A stretch of DNA of 64,000 bases from contig OZ024758.1 of assembly GCA_964016885.1 (NCBI GenBank), forward strand, positions 5,890,001 through 5,954,000, read 5' to 3'. The notes beneath the pieces were generated by a model. The model had not been told where the DNA came from, ran no database searches, and saw only the letters and a list, made by a program, of their open reading frames with translations. A program made the position numbers and the translations under genes. Position 1 is the first letter of the stretch; each line of letters starts with the position of its first letter. This stretch comes from Eledone cirrhosa. Lineage: Eukaryota. Positions 54,830 to 64,000 of the stretch are shown here, one piece after another.

Positions 54830-54991
54830 CTGAAGTATAATAAAATGACCATAACATTAATTTCTAATGTTCCTGATAGAACAAATATTTTTTTTATTAT
54901 GAATTTTAAAATTAGTAACAGTTTTTTTTCCTTTTATTTAACAAACGTTCCAAGAAAACTTAAATATTCCTTTAAATATATTATGAGATAA

Positions 54992-55304
54992 TTAAACATT
55001 AAACTTAAAACAAAATAAAAAATTGCTTAGTTTATTTCTTATACACCTGTAATAGTCTTTATAATAATATAGCATATGTATTATGCATTCTACTGCACAA
55101 TAAATGGCATTATAAAGTTGTAATAACTTAAAGCAAACAGCTACTTGTATAGTCATAAAACCACTATTTGGAGGTACAGGAAGCTCATTAAATTGCCTTA
55201 TGAGATTGTAATCACTTAAAACCATCAGATACTTGTTAAGTTGTAAATCTACTGTTTGGAGGTGTGGAGCACAACCTTTGAATTTATCATCCACTGATGA
55301 AGTA
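54992..55304 (-). CDS. Candidate exon beginning TSSVDDKFKGCAPHLQTVDLQLNKYLMVLSDYNLIRQFNELPVPPNSGFMTIQ; 3' boundary uncertain
   Basis: CTAAC branch-like motif about 25 nt before ttaag|T acceptor; about 100 open codons in AT-rich unique DNA. Confidence 0.3.
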
Positions 55305-56997
55305 CTTAATGTAAATATATATGGGAGTTAGACAATGAATTCATTTTTAATACTTCATAGTAACTCTCTACCTTTGGTGATTTGGTTGTATTGCAAAATA
55401 ATTTGTCATTTAAATTACATATGGAAATACAAAGAAAAGATGTTTTATGTCTCAGTTTGATGCCAACCAGTCTATTAAGAGAGGACTGTGTTTATTTAGC
55501 AGCTAGATATGAAGAAGAAAATAGGACAAAAGAACTAACCTAATCATAATGAAAGACTTGGCTAAGTTTTATCTCAAGACTTTTGAGTCATGATCTCTCA
55601 TTTCTCAACACATTAAAGGACGCCTTTTGGTAATGAATGACAAGGGGGTTTGCACCTAGAAAGTTCTCCTCTGAGGTACAAGTCCGGACAAGGTTGTTTG
55701 TGGAAGTCCAACAGTTGCCCATGCATACCATCCTCCCCTCTCCACGGGAAAGGCAAAGGGCAAGAGAACTTGGCACCAGTGACGTCACAACTCATTTCTA
55801 CAGCTGAGTGACTGGAGCAACGTGGAATAAAGTGTCTTGCTCAAGAACAAAACACAGAGCCTGGTCTGGGAATTGAACTCACAACCTCACGATTGTAATT
55901 ATATAATTATAATTGTCATAGTACTCACTTTTCCATGATGGCATGGCTTTAAACAATCTGCAGTGTAGAATTTCGTCATCTTGTCATTTTATCAATGAAG
56001 AACAATGTTCTTATTTCTGATCTAACTGCAATATACCAACTCCTTTTATGAGCCGATGAATGTACCTCTACATGGCTGCTCAGCTTGCTAGAGATAGCAG
56101 TCAAATTTTACTTGCTATCTTTAAAAAGGAAGGACAGATTCCATAATGTAGTCCTGGATACATTGTCTGTAAATAAGATAGGCAGGTGATTTTTATTTTT
56201 TTTTGTATCAGTCGGGAAGGGCACTGCCTATAACCCTTTTCAGAGTCGCCCTGACTGTTAGGAGGGAGAAGGATATCAAATTGGGGACAAGGCCAGAATA
56301 CTTGCAACAGAATGGACTCTTCTGAAGGCAACAAAGTAAACCAGAGAAGAATTTGAACTTAGAACCTAAAGGGCTAGGGCAAATACTGCAAAGCATTCTA
56401 CCTAGTGCCCTAACAATTCCCACCCCTAGTCCACTGGCCTAAACAGTAACCTTGGAATGATGAGAAACAAAGTTGACTTTGCAGATATGAACCCAGAATG
56501 AAAGGAGCCGGAAGAAATAATTGTTTCTGAATTTGGCACAAGGTCAGCAATTTCAAGGGAAAGGGAATGTTGAATAAATCTAGCCCATTGTGGTACTGGT
56601 ACTTCATTTTATTGACCCCGTAGGGTGAAAGGCAAAGCTAACCTCGGTAGGATTTGAACTCAGAGCATAAAAGGCCATACCTCATTGCTGCAAAGCATGT
56701 TGTCTGATGCTCTACTGATACTGCTAATCCACCACCGTTATTCCAGCCGGAATAAACGATGCAAGGCATTTTTCCCCAAGACCCTAAGATTTTCTGCAAA
56801 TTTATAGTCCTGTCTGGAATACATTGATCATATCTTCCTAATCAGGGCCTATCTGAGACTATACAAAAATAGCAACAATATTTGTTTGTCTTGCAACTAT
56901 CAACAACAACTCATGAAAAATCCAAACAACAGTCAAATCTCTGATATATTTTCAGTCAATGGTTTTGAAGCCACATGCATTCAACATGTACACTTAC

Positions 56998-57036
56998 AGT
57001 TTTGATTCATATCCAGTATATACATAACCAATACAA
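56998..57036 (-). CDS. Candidate 39-nt symmetric microexon (CIGYVYTGYESK in phase 2 or VLVMYILDMNQN in phase 1)
   Basis: GTAAGT donor at 56992-56997 and AG at 57037-57038; its polypyrimidine tract lies beyond a MITE inserted at the adjacent TTAA. Confidence 0.3.
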
Positions 57037-59046
57037 CTTTAACCCTTTAGACATTAAACCAGCCATACCCGGCCACTCATACTGATGTTAAAGTATTGTT
57101 CTCAAAATAAATATTATGTGAAATAAAATGTTCACCTTGAAAATACAATAGTAAATATAGGGTAATGTAAATGCTAAAGGGTTAAGGCAAAGCAAGAAAA
57201 AAAATGTGAAAGGCAGGAAAAGAAATCTCCTAAATGAGACAGAAACGAAAAGTAATTAGTTATGTAATTTTATGTTATTAGTATTCGATAGAGAGTTAGA
57301 CATGTTTTGTAGTATATAGATACGGCCCTTTACATTTCAAATCCCACCGAGGTTAGCTTTAGTGATGATGATATATCTATCTACTTTTGTTAGCATATAT
57401 TGGTTGTTGGGATTAGTAAGTATATGTTACTCTACATGATTTAAAACCTGAGAACAAAATGGTTGGCATTAAAAGGTAGATAAAGTGTAAATTCTTTCCT
57501 CCAATAATTTATGAAAATATCCAGTTTGTGTCAAAAGACATGACAACTTCTCCTCTGCACTTGATATGACCATAAGTAAGCAGGATACATATCTCCTGGC
57601 CTGTCTGGGAGGTCGATAGCACCGCTTACGTACTGACTTTGTCTATGTAGACCCATCCAACCGTTTCTAGCAGAGAAAGCGGACATTATATGATGATGAT
57701 GATGATGATCCAAATTGGTAGAACCAAAAAGAATCAAAGGAATACTCTATTACTGATATAATTTATCTGTGACTAATAATTGTAAATTGGTGATCATTTT
57801 ATAACTCTGGAAAGCTGAAAGATATAGTAGAATTTGAACTCAAAACATAAAGGAACATAACATCCGAAGGTATTTTGTCTGCTATACTACCAATTCCATG
57901 AAACCACTGCTCATAGTATGAATATTTCTGTATAATATTTTGTAACAGTAATAAAAATAAAATTGGGAAACAATAAAGCCTTTTGTTTCTGTTGAATTTT
58001 TATGAAGAATTTTGAAGACTCATGTTTACAAGTGCAGAGCATGTGTGAACACATACACCAACAAGAAAGAAACAAACAAGGAAAATATGCCTGAAAAACA
58101 ATATCAAGTCATGCAATTTAACATTTGAAATCACAGAGATTAAGTTAAAAGTAAAACAATAGAAAAAGAGGGAGAGATATATATTTTCTGCCAGTATGTA
58201 TCATGAGGACTCGGTGAGAAATGTGATGGGAAAGAATGTGGAAGGAAGTAGAAAAAGGGGAAGACCAAGAAAGATATGGGTTTAAATGATGGAGGAGGAA
58301 AAGCTGGGGTTTGTTGTGGGGGATGCAAATGAAAGGGATAAATGGAATGGAGAATCTTGTCATGGGGCTCACAAGTTTAACCCTTGCTTCAATAGGAAAG
58401 ATGGCTTTAAAACACTTGTATGTATGTACATATATATATATATGGTAAGTTTATGAAGCATTAAAGAAATCTGAAAATATGTTAGCCACAATACAAATAA
58501 CTATAGATAATAGTTAAATAAGTCAGGTTAAAGTACTTCTGAAGATGGAAAAAGGTGAACAAAAATGCTGGCAGGAATTGAACCATGTATCTCTTGTATG
58601 CCAGAAGTATTCTGATCTATGATCTGAGAAAAGCTAAGGACAAACTTTTACAAAAGTAATATCACATGGCTTAGTGGTTAGAGCATTGGCCTTGCAATCA
58701 AAAGGTTGTGAGTTCAATTCTCAGACCGGGTGATGTGTTGTTTCCTTGAGCAAGACACTTTATTTCACATTGCTCCAGTTTACTCAGCTGTAGAAATGAG
58801 ATGATAGGGACTGGGGTCCCTATCATTCCACTGCAAAAAAGCACCCAGCACTCACTGTAAATGAGGTTGGTGTTAGGAAGGGCATCCAGCTGTAGAAATC
58901 AAGCCAGAATCAGTTCCCGTCCCACCCTTGCAAGCAGGGAAAATTGGACGTAAAATGAAATGATGATGATGATGATATATATCCATTCCGTATAGTCATC
59001 TGGAGCACCCAGTTCATCCTGTAAGACGGTTGTGTTGGTGACATGA

Positions 59047-59300
59047 AAAAAAGCACCCAGTTCACCCTGTAAGGTGGCCATGCTGGAGACCTGACAAAAA
59101 AGTATCCAGTCCACCCTGTAAGGTGGCTTTGCTGGAGACCCGACAAAAAAGTATCCAGTCCACCCTGTAAGGTGGCTTTGCTGGAGACCTGACAAAAAAG
59201 TATCCAGTCCACCCTGTAAGGTGGCTTTGCTGGAGACCCGAAAAAAAAGTATCCAGTTCACCCTGTAAGGTGGCTTTGCTGGAGACCCGAAAAAAAAGCA
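59047..59300 (+). repeat. 49-bp tandem repeat, 5 copies, derived from a SINE internal segment
   Basis: gtatccagt recurs at 59102, 59151, 59200 and 59249. Confidence 0.9.
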
Positions 59301-59568
59301 CTAGTCTCCACTGTTAGATAGTCGTTTTGGTGTTCCAATAAAAAGCACACTTTAACATGGTTGGCATTAGGAAGGCCATCCAGCTATAGAAACCCAACCA
59401 AAATACAAATCCATATGAGCAAGACATGATCACCTGACCTGAACTGAATTGTCTGATAATAAAACAACCCATCTAACCCAGGCAAACATAGAAAAATAGA
59501 TGTTAAATCATCTGCTCATGAAATTAACATTAAGTAGCTGAGCATGTCACAGACAAGTGAACCTTTAA

Positions 59569-59995
59569 TCCTTTAGCATTTAAACCGGCCATATCCGGCC
59601 AGAATTCTCTCACCTCTTTCGGTTTAAACTGGCTGCTCATACTGATGTTAAGGTATTGTTTTCAAAATAAATAATATAAAAATCTCTTAGATTCGATTTT
59701 ATGTGAGATAATTATGTGAAGTAAAGCCTTTACTGTGAAAATACAATAGTAAATATAGAGTAATGTAAATGTTATGTGAGATATTATGTGAAATAAAGCC
59801 TTTACTGTGAAAATACAATAGTAAATATAGAGTAATGTAAATGTTATGTGAGATATTATGTGAAATAAAGCCTTTACTGTGAAAATACAATAGTATATAT
59901 AGCGTAATGTAAATGTTATGTGAGATATTATGTGAAGTAAAGCCTTTACTGTGAAAATACAATAGTATATATAGAGTAATGTAAATGTTAAAGGG
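59569..59995 (+). mobile_element. piggyBac-type MITE with an internal 72-bp unit amplified four times
   Basis: gttatgtgagat recurs at 59771, 59843 and 59915; TTAA flanks. Confidence 0.9.
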
Positions 59996-62900
59996 TTAAG
60001 ACAGTTCTCAGGGATATTTAGCATAACACAGTTTGCCAAAGCTGGCTCTTTAAATTTGCAGGTAGAATAGAGTAACATAAAATAAAACCTCCAGCACACA
60101 GCCAGTCACCTTAACCCCAACACCTTCACAAGTCACCTCAATATATGTATGTCAAATATCAGGCACCTTTTTAAGTACATTTTTAAATACCTAGATGACT
60201 TTTCAGACACCCTGTATTTATAAACAAGAATTCTTTGAAAAAAAAAAAAAATCTCTATATATATATATATATAAAAAACAGTCCACGCTGTAAAGTGGTC
60301 GTGTAGGAAACATGGTAAAAAGGCTCCCAGTCCACACTGTAAATGTGGTTGGTGTTAGGAAGGGCATCCAGCCGTAGAAAACCTGCCAGATACAGTTCTA
60401 TACAAGCGAGACACGGTCACCTGATCAATGTTGCCTCAATTGGGACAATTCCTCATCTAACCCATGTTAGCGTGGAAGATGGACATATAAACAAACAATA
60501 AAACACAAAGAAACATTTTTTTAAAACAAGTTTTATCTTGTTTATTGTATTTTTTTACATTGTATCTTCTCCCCCTCCACTCCCTATAGCTTACTCCTCT
60601 TTCCTTGCCCTGAATCACATGCACTACAGAAAAACTTCACAATACACTATAATATATACAAGAAATCTAAAAACATACATGGATTAACTTAAAATATTAC
60701 ATTTTTATCTGACTGATTTTTATCCATGTTTTCAACCATTTTATTATAATTTGGTAATTAGCAAATTCCAGTGTAAAGATTCTTAAAAGCAGACTCACCA
60801 CTTAAGTAGTTAAGTTAGTAGCTAATTGAACGGTTCCATCATCATCAAAACAAATTCTTTCATTATCATAAACTCTTCAGAATAATCAGTATAATGAGGT
60901 CAAGTTGTCTACCTATTATTTTAATAGTGTTCTTTTGTTTAGTGGTTCTACATCTGTTTTCCCATGTTAGCACACGGTAGATTTTATTTTCCATATTGGA
61001 AATTAGAATTTGGGATACTTTTTTACAGCCAAGAGAACCCATCATCATTACTATTATTATCTAAGGTTCGTTTTCCCTGCCAGTAAGGGTTGGACAGGTA
61101 AAAACCCTCGCTGGCAGGGAAAACAGACAGTAAATAATGATGATGATGCCGAGCTTTCTCCAAAATTCTAATTGTCAAAATGAAAAGATTATTCCTCAAT
61201 TATGAAGTACAGGCCCTTATTTTCCAGTTGGCAGGGACAGGATGAGTCAGCAGATTTGTTTAGAGTAATCTTTGAGTCACTATCCAAGCATTGTTAGTAG
61301 TCCCTCTCTCTGATACATGCTCTTTTTTTCTTCTTTCCTTTCCAACTAGTAGATATAAATGGAATAACATACATTACCTAAATGCATGACCTATATACAA
61401 TGATTATTATTATTTTTACTACTTGCTTCAGTCATTGGATTGTGGGCATGCTGGAGCACCATTTTCTAGGGATATAGTCAATAACATCAACCCCCAAAGG
61501 ATGAAAGGCAAAGTGGTTTTGAGAAGGGTTTGAACTGAGAAAATATATAGAGATGCAACCTTATAGAAACTAGTACCTAAAACCCATTACTTAACCCTTT
61601 AGCATTTAAACCAGCCATAACCGACCAAAATTCTCTCACCTCTTTCTGTTCAAACTGGTCATAATCAACCACTCATACTGATGTTAAGGTATTGTTCTTA
61701 AAATAAATAATATAAAGCCTTTACCATGAAAATACAATAGTATATATAGAGTAATGGAAATGCTAAAGGGTTAAACCACTCACATAATCAACTAAACTTA
61801 TACCATTCAACCAACATATGCTCAAATTCATTAATTGATTTTTAATCAAGCATATGCCCTAATTCAACTTGATAATCCCTATCTTTATTGTCACCCAAAA
61901 TATATTTTCATGAATTTTTTAATAGAGGTAGTAGTGGAGGCGTGCGGCCTAGTGGTAAGTGTGTTGGACTTATGATCATAATATTGTAGGTTTGATTCCT
62001 GGACTGAGTTGTGTGTTGTATTCTTGAGCAAAACACTTCATTTCACATTGCTCTAATATATTCAGCTGAAAATAAGTACCAGCAATAGCTGGAGATTTTA
62101 ACCTGTGATGGAATGGCATCATGTCCAGTAGGGAGTCTTGTACTCTCAGTCGCTTCATGCTATGAAAACCAAGATAAGTACCGGCCTGATGAGCCTCTGG
62201 ACTTGCGACAGACAAGACTTTAGTGGTGGTGGTGGTGGTAGTGTAGCAGGCCTCCTCCAAGGTATATCTCGTTGGAAGTGTCTTGGGTGATTTAATGATA
62301 GGGATCCCAGTCCTATCATCTCATTTCTACAGCTGAGTAAACTGGAGCAATGTGAAATAAAGTGTCTTGCTCAAGGAAACAACACATCACCCGGTCCGAG
62401 AATTAAACTCACAACCTTTCGATTGCAAACCCAATGCTCTAACCACTAAGCCATGTGCCTTCACAGTGGTGGGGGTCTAATCAAAACAATTTCATCTTCC
62501 TTTTCAAATTATACTTTCAGAACCTATTTCAAAATATTTGGAGAGCAACAATCAAGCTTGCATATTCAAAGGACAACCAAACACAAACAAATAAATCAAA
62601 AGGAAGAACAAACATCCCTGTGTTACTTGAAAGAGGAAATCTCAAAATAATATTAAATTTATGGCTTTCTGGTTAAAACGTTTGATTTGTAGCCACATTT
62701 GATTACACTGTACAAGAGATTGGAATCTTGTGTTCACCAATGCCTTGAGTGAAATTTGATAGACAGAAATTGTGTGGAAGTTTATTGTGTGTATGTGTGT
62801 GTGTGTGTGTGTGTGCATGCATGCATGCAGACGTGTGTAAATATACATATATAAATAAAAGAAGTATGTTTAGAAAGAGTTGAGAAAAGTTTGCAAATTG

Positions 62901-64000
62901 AAATAGAAGGTTTCACTGTAACATTTGATTCAATATAATAGTCTAATAATGGGGCCTATCAACCCACAGAATGGAAAAAGATGGATATCTCCATTATTAA
63001 ACTATTATATTTAGTCAAATGTTAGGGCAAAGCCCTCGATTTCAATTTTCAAACATATATAAATGTTTGATTCCATTGTACAACACTGATCAAGTGTCTT
63101 TAAGTGTTTGGAAGTCCTATGTGTATGTGGGTGTGTGTAAATATACATATATAAATGCATGAATGTATGTTAGTGTATATAAACATGAGAAAAATGTACT
63201 CAATATGAAGTGTAAGGTAACATAGAATTTAATAGAAGCTAAAACCTTTACAAATATAACTCAGTTTATCACACCGACTTAAAGTTGGAATGTGGAGTTT
63301 GGTAAAACTTTAGCTTCTAATAGACTATATACTACTCTACCATCAGCCCCCCGCCCCTCCATAATATGCATTATTCCATATATATACCCATGGTAGTAAT
63401 GTTATAATACTTCAGCCAATATCTTTAACCCTTTAGCATTTAAACAGCCATATCCGGCCAGAATTCTCTCAACTCTTTCTGTTCAAACTGGCCATCTCAT
63501 AATGACCTTAAGGTATTGTTCTCAAAATAACTAATATCAAAATCTTGTAGATTCGATATTATATGAGATAATTATGTAAGATAAAGCCTTTACCACAAAA
63601 ATACAATAGTAAATATAGAGTAATGTAAATGCTAAAGGATTAATTTGCAAGAAATACTAAATCTCTTCTAAGTCACACTCTATCATCTAAAAAAGAGAGA
63701 GAGAGAGATACATAGGATAATATAACTTTCTTTTTATTTTTCTTAGATATATGTTTGCAAGAAAGGAAAAAAATGGGATCATCACAGCTGGAATGCCCTT
63801 CAACATACTTCTACTGTATCAGGTCTGACTTGAGGTTAAAAACAACAATAAGTACCTATGTCTCATTGCCATATATCATCACAGGAGAGGAAAAAATCAT
63901 GGAAAGAAAAACAAAAAAATGGTAGCCTTCTAAATGTTTCCTGGCATGGAGTCAAAATAAGAATGAGAGAGGGGTGGGGGTGGGGGGTGCATATCAAGTA

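Noticed and set aside
59047-59300. 49-bp repeats with ORFs 58899..59301
   Set aside because: Spacer-less tandem amplification of a SINE segment; the ORFs are by-products

Overview
AT-rich eukaryotic genomic DNA, most likely from an octopod cephalopod. This is inferred from the repeat content: tRNA-derived Deu/Nin-type and CORE/Meta-type SINEs, RTE tails and very dense (TA)n/(CA)n/(TACA)n microsatellites. Almost all ORFs in the supplied track are artefacts of microsatellites or repeats. The window has two domains. 1-28 kb retains CpG and is microsatellite-rich. It holds SINEs, CRE- and RTE-type fragments, several (TA)n-embedded elements with minimal hammerhead-ribozyme cores (Penelope-like ends), a short internally deleted RTE derivative with an HDV-like ribozyme candidate, and weak traces of a decayed minus-strand multi-exon gene. 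28-64 kb is CpG-depleted and appears to be the 3' part of an unidentified minus-strand gene, with a clear last exon at 33.7-33.9 kb and candidate small or alternative last exons at 49-57 kb. Its introns carry piggyBac-, mariner- and pogo-type MITEs and LINE remnants. No gene could be named, no CRISPR array or true tRNA/rRNA gene was found, and repeat boundaries are approximate.
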